A DNA stretch of 60,000 bases. Source: Lama glama (lineage: Eukaryota). Position 1 is the first letter of the stretch; each line of letters begins with the position of its first letter. A program made the position numbers and the translations under genes. Shown piece after piece: positions 40,660 through 60,000 of this stretch. The notes beneath the pieces are model-generated. The model saw only the letters and a program-made list of their open reading frames with translations. It made no database searches and was not told the origin of the DNA. The stretch is taken from assembly GCA_028534125.1 (NCBI GenBank), contig CM052832.1, positions 16,122,001-16,182,000 on the forward strand. The letters are read 5' to 3'.

Positions 40660-40924
40660 CTAAGCGATTTCTGGCTGGGTCCAGCTGGCGCATGCGCAAA
40701 CCTCACTGCCCAGTACTGTGGAAGCGCGGGCGTTCCGCGCTCGCATTGGCCCGGCCTGTACAGCCACCGCTTCTATTGACTCACGTGCTCAGTACCCAGG
40801 TCTCTTACTGGTCTATAGCGCTTCCGGGACGCCCCCCCGCTTTTTAAGAGTCAACTGATTAGTTGCTGATGGGGAGAGGCGGGCCTTGGGAACCGTCTCA
40901 TGGTTGGGGGGTGGGGGGGGAAAG
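40660..40924 (+). promoter_or_regulatory. ATF6B: ATF6B promoter
   Basis: NRF1 site GCGCATGCGC at 40688-40697, ATTGG at ~40745, composite TGACTCACGTG at ~40777, ETS CTTCCGG at ~40821, YY1 AAGATGGCGG over the ATG. Confidence 0.75.
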
Positions 40925-48702
<7,778 letters not shown>

Positions 48703-49140
48703 CCTCTGCTGCTCACACTGACTTAGAACTGGGGGGCAGGGGTGGGGCTGACCGAGTGGGACTGTTTTGAATTTTCCCCATCCCTGGGCTTGGGGCAATT
48801 GGTCAAGGAAAGACAGGTGAGGGGTTAAGCACCTATTTGGAGGGGGGTGGAATTTTACCTCTCTTCATGCCCCTTTTTGGAATATAGGGCTTCTCTCATT
48901 TCTAGGAACCCCCAGTCCCTCCTTCTTTCTTTGAAGGTGTTGAGTGAGGTTAAGTGTGGTGGGGGAGCTCCTGTACACTGTTTATTCTTTTGTTTCTGTT
49001 TGGGGGGGTGGAGGTGGGAATTTAGTCCCCAGGTGGGACAAGGGGAGTTTTTACATTTGGGACCTAGTTACTGGGCGTAAAGGAGGCATGGTGGAGGGAG
49101 GCCAGGTTGATGTTTGTGCATATCTTCTTTTTTATTATTA

Positions 49141-49146
49141 AATAAA
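49141..49146 (+). terminator. ATF6B: ATF6B polyadenylation signal
   Basis: ATTAAATAAA about 440 nt after the stop. Confidence 0.8.
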
Positions 49147-52100
49147 CAACTTGGAGGGAGTTGAAGGAACAGTGGCTCATGACAGGGAATTTGGGGGAAG
49201 GTGGCTTCTGTAGGGCCCGTATGTCAGAACCAAGCACTGAAGACATAGCTGGCTCTGGGGTGGGGAGGGTGTGCGATTGCAGACCTCAAGTCATCCCCTT
49301 ACCCCACCCCTGCAACTCTGGACGTCTGCTATCTAACGGGGGAGCGGGGGAGTGATGTCCCATGGCGTGACCAGCCAGAGGATACAGTTCCTGGAATGTG
49401 TCTGAGTAAACAGGAAGGACGGGGGGCCCCACGCCCTTTAGGGTGAGCAGCCTCCCTGGGTCCCTGGCCCTCTAGCAGGTTCTCCCCCGCTTGCTTTCCA
49501 GGATGAGCAGCTCGAACAAACAGTGGAGCTGGGGCCAAGGACTGTGAGCCCAGAGAGGAGGAGCCACAGGGGACAGGGGGCAGTGTTTGGAGAGAAGGGG
49601 GATATTGAAGAACATCTTCTTAGCCCTAAACTGGAGGCAACTGAGATTGAGAACCCAGTTGAAAATAAGGGATGAGTGAGGGGCCAGCAGGAAAGGCTGT
49701 ACTTTCTAATTAGGAGGAAGGGGGACAGGATGAAGGGCGGAGGGCCAAGTCTCATTCAACCTGGTGGGGTCCCCCGTCAGCAGCTCCTGTCCGGCAGCAC
49801 CTCCGGCCTGGCCCTGCAGAAGTGTCCTGGGTCAGTGGGAGGGTGTGGGCTAGGCCTGGGCTCAACGCCCAGATCACTGGACAGGGGCCGCCTGGGCCAC
49901 AAGCCCAGGCCTGAAAAGGGGGAAGAACCTCACGTGTCCAGCCAGGCTCTCCCCCTTCCCCATTACTGTGTTTGGGGTGAAAACAGACCAAGTAACTACG
50001 GCAACCTGGAACCAGGGCCCCCAGGAACTAGGCCTCACCTCCTTCCAGAGGGCAGTCCTGGCTCCTCCATCAGCACTTCCTGTCCCAACGTCCCTCGAGC
50101 CTTATCCGGCCTCATCCAGGCGGTGAGTGCAAGGAGAACAAGAAGTTTGGAGGCACACCACCTGAGTGGGAGTGGGAGTCCGTGCTTTGCCTTTTATTAG
50201 TGGGCCTCCTTAAGAGGTAACTTAAACACTCTGAGCCTTAGTTTCCTCGTCTGTGAAATGGGCTACTCCTACCCACGTCTCAGGGTTGATGTGAGGATAA
50301 AAGATGATGTTCACAGTGCCTAGTCCATAGTGGGCACACCCTCCCCTCTCCCTTGCTCCTTTCTCCCTCCATTTACCTGTCCTTTTCTCCTCTGTTCCAC
50401 TTTTATCCCATCTGGGTCCATCACTGTTTCATTGTCCCATTGCTTTTTCTCTTTCCTGCCCCACCCGCCCCCACTGCTCAGGAAAGTGTTTGAAGTACTG
50501 GCATCAGCCTGGCGCTCTGGGGTGGGGCCTGCAGCTCCTCCTGCGAAGTGGCAGCTAGAGACAGCTGGCACTTGGGTGTGAACCAGGCAGGAATCAGGCT
50601 CTTTTGGACCAGGGAGTGGGGTGGTGGGAAGGCCCGAGAGGGGTGTGAAGAGGAGGTCAGTCGGCTGCAGGGGTGAAGGCAGGTGGGTGTCCAGCCACAG
50701 CCCCCGTTTGGTCACCTCAGCATGCTGGCCACTGTAACTTAGTGCCTCCTGTTGGCTCCTTCCTGTCTCAGGCCCTCTTTATCTTTCTGTTCTGCTTTCC
50801 TTCCTCAGAATCAGCCTTTTGTTCCTCTTACCACCCCTGACACACTCTCTCTCCCTCTTCTCTTTTCTCTAGACTTCTTTCCTGCATCGCTTTGCCCTCT
50901 ACCCAGCACAAGTCCCCGCCTTCTCTTTCTGACTCTTTAGTCTGTTCATCTGTTGTTTCTCGCTGTTTTTGTATTTCCCCTTCCTTCCCCTCAGCCTCAC
51001 TATCTGGTCCCTTTCTTTTTTCGTTGTCTTCCCATCCCCTCCCTCTGCTGACCCTGGACACGTCCTCCCTTGTCACACCACCCCCTTCGTTGCCCTCTCC
51101 ACTCCTTTGTCCACATTCCTTGTCCCCTTCCACGACTTCCTCTCTTCTCCCCGCCTCAGCCCTCTCCTCCTTCCTCCCCCCTTCTCCCTTCACCTCCCCG
51201 CTCCAGTCCTCTGTCCTCTTCCCAGCTGTGGGGCCGGGACTGGGGAGCCTGACATGTTTGCCTCATCGTTCTGCTATGGCTTCTGGATACAGCACATCTG
51301 GATTCCGGGGCCCAGATGTGTGGTTGCTACAGCGACCTCAGTCCCTCTGGTAAATACGGGCGCCCACCCGCCCCAGAGCAGAGAACAAAATAATTCTGTG
51401 ACTTTCTTTTGTCACGGGATAGAAATGTCCTCCCTCCTCCCTTTTCCCCACACCCATGGCTTCAGGCAGAGGAAGTCCAAACCCTTCTTTCTGTGGCTCT
51501 CTTGCCCCCTTTTCAGCCCCAGCTTCTTAGTTCTCCCAAGTTTCATCCCAGGCTGTCTTCTCTCTCCACGTCCCCCTTTCTCACCACCTCCCGCCTCCAA
51601 ATCTCAATAGTGGAGTGTTGACCCTGTGACTTATACTTGGCAACTTCTTCCAACTGAATCTACATGGTAACTGGATGCAGAAAGAAGTTTCAGAAATCCA
51701 GATCATCCACCCTTCCTTCTCAAACAAGTCCTTCCAGAACCCCCTTCATTTGTTTCTGCCCGAAGTCTTCAGTCTTCCCAGGGCTGTTCCTGGAGAAAGG
51801 GAAGGAACACAGGCTCTGGAATCAGAAAACCTGGGCTGAGGCCCACCCTCACCACCACTAGCAAGGTTGCTGGGACAAGTCCCTGAGAGCCTGGGAGCCT
51901 CCGAGTCCTCAGCACGAAGTGGCACTAAAATGTTGCGGTGTCAGCGCTTTGTAAACGGAAGCCCAGTACAACTGTTTTCTATCTTCCCCTCCCTGGGACC
52001 GCTTCCTTGGATTGCAGCCCCGGCCTCTCTTCGCTCCCTCTCCCATCCCTCAGGCCCTTGCCCTTAATTGCCCTTAGTCTCCTTTGTCTTCCTTGGCTTT

Positions 52101-54399
52101 CCCTTTCCTCCCGTGCTATACCTTATACCCCACATCCTCCTGAAGTCACGACAGGAACTTGGAGGTTCATTCAAGTATGGAGGCCCAGAGCTGAAGACAC
52201 CTGGACTGAGGATTCAGAGAACAGCCAGAGCACCTGGACAGTTCTTGACGACACCTCAGCCTTTCTGCCCATCACCCAGGACATCTGGGTGAAGGTGCCC
52301 CAGCTCTGACCACTGGACTCCCTGCCTTCCCGCTGGGGCTCCCTGCCAGGCCCTCTTGCCACACAGTCTTCTCTCACAGTCCTTGTACCAGCAGGCATTT
52401 ATCAGGCACCTGCTCTGTGCAAGGCCTGGTGCTTGTCTGATAAAATGCAAGCATATAGGAGACACGAGCTCCTCCAAGAGCCTGAAATCCAGGGTGGGAG
52501 TCAAATTTTAGATAATGATTATCTGAAAACCTGGAATTACGTCTCTGTCAGGCCTCCGTGGCTTCTTCAAATGCCTTGCAAGCTTGTAAATGTCTGGAAT
52601 CCGACACCCCGCTCTGACTCCAGCACCCTGTCTCTCCCCAGCAGTGGACTTTCAATACCTCAGAGCCACCCTTCCACCTCTTGCTCCTCTCCAGGGTCTC
52701 CTGGCCTCTCTCTGGGCCAAGTATACCTATGGTGACCATACATCCTAAATAATAAAACCGAGACGTAGGGTATAGGATGAAAAAAAAAAAAAAGGCTATG
52801 ACCATGGGACAGAATTCCTGGAATTGGGGGGTATCAGAGAAAATGTTCTCTGTGCTGTCTGCTCCCCCATAAGATGCTGTTTCAGACCCCCTTCACCCTT
52901 TCATCTACTTTCCCCCAACCCCTGCCTGCAAATCTGAGGGAAGCCATTACCTATTCCAGGCTCTGGGGGCCTCAGGCCAATGCAGAGGAAGGAAGCTGAG
53001 CCCAGCTCTATCCAAGATGCTGACTTCACCCTCCCCATCAAAGCCAGGAAAAAAACAGCCACAGACACACGGACACACACGGGGACACCCACGCGAGAGC
53101 CCATGCGAGCCTTTGCCCTCAGCCCTGGGAGCTAACTAGGCAAATGGTACCACCACATGCTGTCCCAGCACACCCTGACCTGGGAACACCACACACCCAC
53201 GACCGCGGGGATCTGACCTGGGGTGCTGACACCTGTGGCCCAGCCCAAGCAGTGGAATCAGGCACGTCCAGGCTCCTGCATGTCACTTTCACCCATCACC
53301 TGCGACTTGGCCAAGCTACTCCTCAGTGGTGAGGATTGTAGCTGGGCGGCAAGAATTAATCCTCAGGTTGAAACCTGGGATGGGGTCTCCCTCAACCTGG
53401 ATAGTTCTCATCTGGCATAAGTCTCCTTTCCAGCCCCTCATCCAGGTAGCAAAGCACGCAGAGAAATGAGGCCAGAGAAACAGCGCAGCAGCCTGATTTG
53501 GGTGTCAGTTTTCCTCTCTCTGCCTGAGATCAAAGTGACCTTTTAGCCCAGCCCACAACTCTCTCCCTACCCCAGCCCCTCTTCCCCACAGGACCCAGAC
53601 ATTAGCCCCCTTCCACTTTTCACAACTTCGCCCCGCCATTTCTGCCCCTGCCTCTAGCTCTTTCTCCATCCCTAAAGCTTCCTCCTAACTTGCAGGCTTC
53701 CCTTCCCTGTCTCCCCTGAACTCCACCATCTTTTCCAGGTCTTCTATGACCCAGGGTTCAGCCAAGCCCTTGTCCAGCCAGTGCCCAAGCCTCATCTGCC
53801 ATTTCTCTAGGAATTTGCTGAGGTGGGAGAATCAAAAGGGGCCATTGATCCCGAGCTGAGAACCAGAGGTAGACCGAACAGTGCAGACATTCGGACAGGG
53901 ACCAGGCAGCATGGAGGCAGGGCGAGCAGAGACAATAGAAGAAAAAGAGACAGCACAGGTGGGAGCAGTTGGGGCCGGGCTGGGGCGGAGGTGAGGACAA
54001 GGAGTCCTGGAGAAGGCTCCATGTTGGAGAGGGATTTAGGCTTGGGAGGGAGGTTTCCCCCTGTCATCCTCCCACTTTGCTCCCTGCCCTGCACTGCCAG
54101 GAGACAATTGGTGGGGGGGGGGATGAAGGAGTGGGTGTTGGCCCAGACAGATCGGGCAAGATCCAAGCTGGAGCAGTGTGGCAGCTGGGGAGGGCGGGGA
54201 GGTGCAGGGGAGGGAAGAGGGAGAGGGGCTGGCCATAGTGAAGGGAGTTGGAAGAGAGAAGGAATCTGGCCAGAGAGCTGGAGCAGCAGGTGGGGAAGTG
54301 GTGGGGGGAAAGGAGAAAAGGCATGAGGGATGGGGGTGTCTAGTTGGACAAAGATTAGGGTGAAGAGGAAGAGTAAAAATGGGATAAGAAAAGGACGTG

Positions 54400-54553
54400 G
54401 GAGGTCAGACCAGGGGCGAGATGAGTGTATTGTGGGACTCAGTGATCCCAGACAGGGAGGGGGGTCGGGGTGACGGCGGGAGAGGGGGGTGGTATGTGAT
54501 GACGTTGGGAGGGCCTGGCAGGGGCGGGAGGGTGGGAAGACCTGCCCTATCTC
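54400..54553 (+). promoter_or_regulatory. TNXB: Probable TNXB proximal promoter (exon 1 likely in the adjacent gap)
   Basis: G-rich stretch with GC boxes (GGGGCGGG at ~54521) and TGACG half-CREs at ~54471 and ~54500, directly before the gap. The position fits synteny. Confidence 0.5.
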
Positions 54554-55053
54554 NNNNNNNNNNNNNNNNNNNNNNNNNNNNNNNNNNNNNNNNNNNNNNN
54601 NNNNNNNNNNNNNNNNNNNNNNNNNNNNNNNNNNNNNNNNNNNNNNNNNNNNNNNNNNNNNNNNNNNNNNNNNNNNNNNNNNNNNNNNNNNNNNNNNNNN
54701 NNNNNNNNNNNNNNNNNNNNNNNNNNNNNNNNNNNNNNNNNNNNNNNNNNNNNNNNNNNNNNNNNNNNNNNNNNNNNNNNNNNNNNNNNNNNNNNNNNNN
54801 NNNNNNNNNNNNNNNNNNNNNNNNNNNNNNNNNNNNNNNNNNNNNNNNNNNNNNNNNNNNNNNNNNNNNNNNNNNNNNNNNNNNNNNNNNNNNNNNNNNN
54901 NNNNNNNNNNNNNNNNNNNNNNNNNNNNNNNNNNNNNNNNNNNNNNNNNNNNNNNNNNNNNNNNNNNNNNNNNNNNNNNNNNNNNNNNNNNNNNNNNNNN
55001 NNNNNNNNNNNNNNNNNNNNNNNNNNNNNNNNNNNNNNNNNNNNNNNNNNNNN
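54554..55053. other. Assembly gap (500 N)
   Basis: Run of N. Confidence 1.
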
Positions 55054-56047
55054 ACTCTTTCCCACTGGGGGTCTGGAAATCCTTTCTCTTAATTTTTACA
55101 TTTCTCTGGCCTATTAGCTCCCCAGAATAAGAGGCATCTCCAACTCCCCACTCCTGGTACCTTATTGCCACCTGTTTCCAACCCAGTATCTGGAACCCAC
55201 CCTCATCTCCCTCCTTCATCTCACAGTCTTGGAATCCTTCTACCTTCAGTCCTCTGGTGGCCCAAGGAGCAGAGGGAAGCACGGGGATGGGACCAAAATC
55301 CCCCCTCTTTAGAACATCCCTCGAGGAAGCCAGCTCTTTCCCCACCTCTTGAGACCTACAGTCCCTGATGAGCAAAGTGTCAAAGTTGGCTATGACGTGA
55401 ATACCCAGCACACTTAGTCACAGCTTGGGAAGATGCCCCCACCCCTGCCAGCCCCCCAAATGTGGGGAGGATGCCAAGAGGGTGAGGCCGCATCCCCTCT
55501 CCCTCTCGCTCCACTGTACAGAGGCACCCAGATGCAGCGGTAGGAGGGATGATGGGGGGAGACACAAGGGACACACAAGTTTTCTGTTTTCCTAGTGCTG
55601 AGAGAAGAGCGGAATTCTGCCAAGAATTGGGAGTGAGGAGCTGCCAGGCAGGAGATGAGAGGTGGTGGTGGGGGCAGTGGAGACTCGGCAGGAGAGGAGG
55701 ACAGGGATGGAGGCTCTGGGGGTGTGGTCTGTGGGGACCACTCCTCTTCTCTCAGTACTTTCCCACTTCTTTCCTTCCTGCTGCAGAGACCCTCCCCCTT
55801 CAGTCTACCACGTGGAGAAAGATGCAGAATCCAATGGTGGGGGGTAGGGTTGCTGGACAGCTCTCAAAGGCCTCCCCAGGTGTGGGGCACCCGTATCCTC
55901 TGCTCCCTACTGGAGAAGGACCTCCTGTGGGATTCCCCTCCAGCTAAGTTCTTTGACTCACACAGCTGCCCTCTAAGCCAATGAGAAATCAGCTTTTTTA
56001 GGCATCACTTGGTGAATGGGTATGAAGGAAATGAAGAAGAAAGGGAC

Positions 56048-56083
56048 TGTGTGTGTGTGTGTGTGTGTGCGCGCGCGCGCGCG
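56048..56083. repeat. (TG)n(CG)n compound microsatellite
   Basis: tgtgtgtgtgtgtgtgtgtgtgcgcgcgcgcgcgcg. Confidence 0.92.
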
Positions 56084-56794
56084 AGCCCAAGTACATCGTC
56101 CAACGTGTGTTCCTGCAAAGATGCAGGCTTCCTTGGGTGAATATGAGTATGTGTATACAAGAAGTATGGTTATATTTGTGTTTGTGGATGAGTGCACTTG
56201 GGTATATTTGTATGTGTACGTGTATTTGTGTGTGCACGCACCGGTGATGTGCACGGCCTCAGACATGGGGCAACAGGATTGGAAGGCAGAGCCCACTTCA
56301 GACCCCAGGCTATGCTCCAAGCTGAGGGGAGGGCTGGGGGACCTCTCTGCCTGGGCTTCGTCGGCCAGGTTGCCTTTCAGTGTGGAAACGCTCTGTCCCT
56401 GTTGTCCAGCTCCCCTTCCGTCTCTTGTGGGATGGTGGCGGGGTGTGATGGCTGGTAGCCCTGAAAACTCCTTTTTCTCAGACGCAGAGGAGAATTTTAA
56501 GAGTAAGATGCCAGGAAATGTGAGCATGCTGGGGGGAGATGCTGGTCACTGTCCCTTCCCTCCTCATCAGTTAGCATTTCCACACTTACCTTACCCTCCT
56601 TCCTGCTCTAGCCTCTCTGGTCTGGAAGAACTGGGCACCTGCTGACACCTCTCCTTCACCCTTCACCTGAACCAAATCCTGGCCTGGCCACTCCACACTC
56701 CTCTGTTACCATAGCCCTCTTATGGTTCACCCTGAGCACCCCACTACTATCCCTCTCTAACCCTTGTCTCCCTGTGCCCCCCAATTTTTACCTC

Positions 56795-57285
56795 AGTGGA
56801 TTCCACAAACAAACACAACTGGGTAACCAGCACCCAGATCAAGAAACAGGATATTCTTTGGGTCCCAGAAGTCCCCCACCATGCCCCTTCTGGTCACTAC
56901 TTCCTCAGGAGTAGCACACTTGCGACTTGTAACACTACCAAAGAATGTTGCCTCACTGCATGTAAATAGAATGTTTCAGCGTGTTCCCTTCTGTGTCTGA
57001 CTTCCCTGCTCCACCCCGTATGAATGAGACCCATCCATGTTACTGCATATTGTTGTAGTTTGTTCTGTTGCTTTATTTTATTCCACTGTGTGGACAACCC
57101 AGACTTTATGTAATCTATTCCACTGATGTGAGACATTTGGGTAGTTCCCCGTTTGAGGCTATTGTGAGAAGTACTGCTAAGATGGGTACATTCCTAGGAG
57201 TGGAATTGCCAAGGCATAGCGTTTGCATATAGCTCTAGTAGATTTAGTAGATTGTGCCAAACGGTTTTCCAAAGTGCTTGCACCG
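56795..57285 (-). mobile_element. Old L1M LINE fragment
   Basis: aaccagcacccagatcaagaaacag...gacccatccatgttactgcat...acatttgggtagttc...ttcctaggagtggaattgc...tgccaaacggttttccaaagtg. Confidence 0.7.
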
Positions 57286-57477
57286 CGTGGCCCTGCCAGG
57301 ATCCACACCTTGCCTGCTCCCTGGTCAGCTTCTGCCCCAACAGCTGTTTCTAACCAACTTTCAGTCCCAGACCCTGTCCGTGGTCCTAGCCCTGACCTTG
57401 GTCCTGTCCTTGATTTCAACCCTGATGCTAGTCCTGGGCTTAAATTGAACTATATAAATTGACTAAATATTTATATA

Positions 57478-58900
57478 GTCAATAAATATTTATCGAGAAC
57501 CTACTATGTGCCAGATGCAAGGATGCAGCAACCAAGCTAAAAACAGATACTGTGCCTGCCCCCCTGGACCTTCCAGCCTAGTGGGCAAGATTGAGTGTGG
57601 GCAAGAAAGTAATAAAATAATCCTGCAAATAAATTTATGATTATAAATTGTTATAAATGCTACAAATAAGAGTTATGTGATGCTGTAATATCTCATGATG
57701 GGGAAACCTGACCTGGGCAGGAAAGGTCTCCTGAGGAAGTGATATGGGGCTGAGACCTGAAGGATGAGGAAGCCAGGAGAAAAGGGAAGAGCATTTCACA
57801 TAGAGGGAACCGCATATACAATGGTCTGGGGCTGGGAAGAGTGTGAGGGACTTAAGGCCAGTGGGAGTAGAGAGAGGGTGGGAAGTGTTATGAGGGATGA
57901 GGTGGGAGAGGTCAGTAGGGGCCAGATGATGTAGGGCTGTCAGTGTCTGAAGACAATTTGAAAGAGAGACACTGAAGAGTTTCTAGCGGGAGAGGGCCAT
58001 CTAGCTGCCTTTACAAGATTACAAGGGGCAAGAATGGGAGAGGAGGGACCAGCTAGAAGGCAACTGCAGTTGTCAAGCAAAAGGTAGATAGTAGCTTGGA
58101 CTATAATGATGCTTAGAGGGAGAGACATAAGCAAATTAAAGATCAATTTACAAGAAAATACGGGTAAATATGAATGAAATATAGTGGTGTTGAATGGGCT
58201 GTTTAGTTTCTGGCTTGGAAGGCTGAATGATTGATGGGGCATGAGCTGCAATGGAGAACACTGAGATGGGGTTCGTTGGGTACAGGGCAGAATGATCATA
58301 AGGTCAATTTTAGACATGTTGAATTTGAGGTACCTAAGAAGGGATGCCAAATAGGAAGTTGGATGTATTGCTTGGAGTTAAGAGGAGAGAGTTTATAAAT
58401 TGAGATACAGTTTGGAAATTAAAGTCATGGATCTGGGTGAAGGTACCTGGCTGTGTGACTACAGCAGTAGGTCTCAACTCCAGCTGGACATTACAATCAC
58501 CTGGGGAGATTTTAAAAAAATACTAAATGAAATTCAGTGCTTCAGTCACTCTAGCCACATTTCAAGTGTTTGGGAGCCAGATATCTATCCTGGCTACCAT
58601 ATAGATAGCACAGATATAGAATGTCCTAAAATGGAAGATGTGGTCAACAGTGTCCAGTGATTTTGAGAGAGGTCAAGTAAGGTGAAGATGGATGTCTTTT
58701 AGATTTTGGGACACTGAGATCATCGGAAGACCTGTGGCAGGGCTATTTCAGGGGTTGAAAGGTGGGGAAGTCAGATGGGAGTGGATTGAGACACGAATGA
58801 GATATGGGGAAATAGAAACAGCAAGTAAAGGTAAATCTTTTGACAACTATGGCCATGAAGTAGAGAAGACAGATATGTGGTGGCTGAAGGGAGGGTGAGA
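57478..58900 (-). mobile_element. L2 LINE relic (with a small hAT insertion at ~58465-58615)
   Basis: caataaatatttatcgagaacctactatgtgccag...ctgaggaagtgatatggggctgagacctgaaggatgag...ttttagacatgttgaatttgagg. Confidence 0.65.
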
Positions 58901-58919
58901 TTAAGGGGAAAAAATTTTA

Positions 58920-59340
58920 AGTGTATTTTTGTATAATTAAGTATATTTTGTATGTTAAGGACATTTTGTGCATATAGTGAAGTGCACAAATCTAAAGTGT
59001 ATAGCTCAATTAATTTTTCAATATGTATACGTCTGTTTTGCCACCACCCAAATCAAAGTACAAAATGTTTCTAGTAAGCCTGTCCTATCTTGTATTAGCA
59101 AAGATGAGCTTTGCCTGTTTTTGACCCTCAGATAAATAGTATCATTCACAATGTTCTCTTTTGTGTGTCTGGTTTCTTTTGCTTAGCATTCTACGTGTGA
59201 AATTTGTCCATGTCGTTGCATGTAACAAGAGGGTGTTTTTCGTTGTTGTATAGCATTCCATCGTATGACTATGGTGCGATTTACTTATATATTCTACTAT
59301 TAATGGACACTTGAGGTGCTTCCAGTTTGGGCTAATATAA
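58920..59340 (-). mobile_element. Old L1M LINE fragment
   Basis: gtgcacaaatctaaagtgtatagctcaat...ttgcctgtttttga...tggtttcttttgcttagcat...atggacacttgagg...tccagtttggg. Confidence 0.65.
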
Positions 59341-59848
59341 AAGAAAAGCCCACGAACATAAGCAGGACACTGTGATGGAGAGTAATGAAAGGCTGCCCAA
59401 CCTGGGCATTAAGGAAGACCTCTGAGAGTCGATGACATGTGAGTTAAGATTTGAACAAGAAGGAGCCAGCCTCTAAGAGCTCAGTGAAGAACATCTCAAA
59501 CAGAGGGAACATAGAGTGCAAAGGCCCTTGGGCTGATGTAAGCTTATGGTGTCTGTGGAACAAACAAAAGAGACAAGTGTGGGTGGAGCAATAAAAAAAA
59601 TACATAAAAAAAAACAGGGAGCAGGGTGACCAAATGGCATCAGAAACAAGGTAGAGACCAATGCTGCTCAAGGAGGGTGTCTATTAGGGTTGGGCTGAAT
59701 GTGGATTTTTTTATACATGTGAGTTGGGTACATTAGTTGTGGGTGGTGGGACAATGAGTGTGTATGTTGGGAAAGTGGGGATATCCATCTTGTCTCCTTC
59801 TCTGTGAAGCTGCTCTCATATGTTCCCTCTCTCCCTGCAGCCTCCTGA

Positions 59849-60000
59849 ATGATGCCAGCTCAATGTTCCCTAGCCTCCAACCTGGCCCTCCTGGTGCTGC
59901 TGGGCACAGTCAGAGCAGGTCCTTTCTCTCCACGGGCCAACATGACACTCCCAGCCCCACGGCCCCCTCCCCAGCCAGGGGGCCGCACAGGAGGGGGAAG
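59849..60000 (+). CDS. TNXB: Tenascin-X, first coding exon (partial, runs off the window)
   Basis: Acceptor ctctctccctgcag at 59840. MMPAQCSLASNLALLVLLGTVRAGPFSPRANMTLPAPRPPPQPGGRTGGG matches the TNXB signal peptide and N-terminus; synteny downstream of ATF6B. Confidence 0.93.
   Translation, partial: MMPAQCSLASNLALLVLLGTVRAGPFSPRANMTLPAPRPPPQPGGRTGGG

Noticed and set aside
40740..40790. Possible ERSE/ERSE-II autoregulatory element in the ATF6B promoter
   Set aside because: ATTGG and CACG are present but not at the CCAAT-N9-CCACG or ATTGG-N-CCACG spacing.
53807..55411. Long ORFs spanning 54554-55053
   Set aside because: Artefacts of translating the N gap.

Overview
Mammalian genomic DNA from the gene-dense MHC class III interval, in conserved order RNF5(-), AGPAT1(+), EGFL8(-), PPT2(-), PRRT1(+), FKBPL(+), ATF6B(+) and the start of TNXB(+). 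I reconstructed the exon-intron structures by hand from GT-AG sites and reading phase. Seven CDSs close in frame: RNF5 180 aa, AGPAT1 287 aa, EGFL8 295 aa, PPT2 302 aa, PRRT1 305 aa, FKBPL 349 aa and ATF6B 700 aa. TNXB is cut off by the window end, and its non-coding exon 1 probably lies in the 500-N gap (54554-55053). Three tRNA-derived SINEs, with no Alu or Bov-type SINEs seen, suggest a camelid (inference). Other elements include a U6 retrocopy, a nested LTR>L1>SINE insertion and old MER/MIR/L2/MLT relics. I found no wholly new gene system. The best leads are an internal exon-pair duplication in ATF6B carrying four SUMO motifs, a mirtron-like hairpin in RNF5 intron 3, overlapping AGPAT1/EGFL8 3' ends, a splice donor just past the PPT2 poly(A) signal, a 12x CCAAT bidirectional promoter, an AGPAT1 uORF and cryptic 3'UTR repeat, a promoter-like island in the PRRT1 3'UTR, and candidate non-coding exons between ATF6B and TNXB. 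Repeat family names and human comparisons come from memory and need database confirmation.
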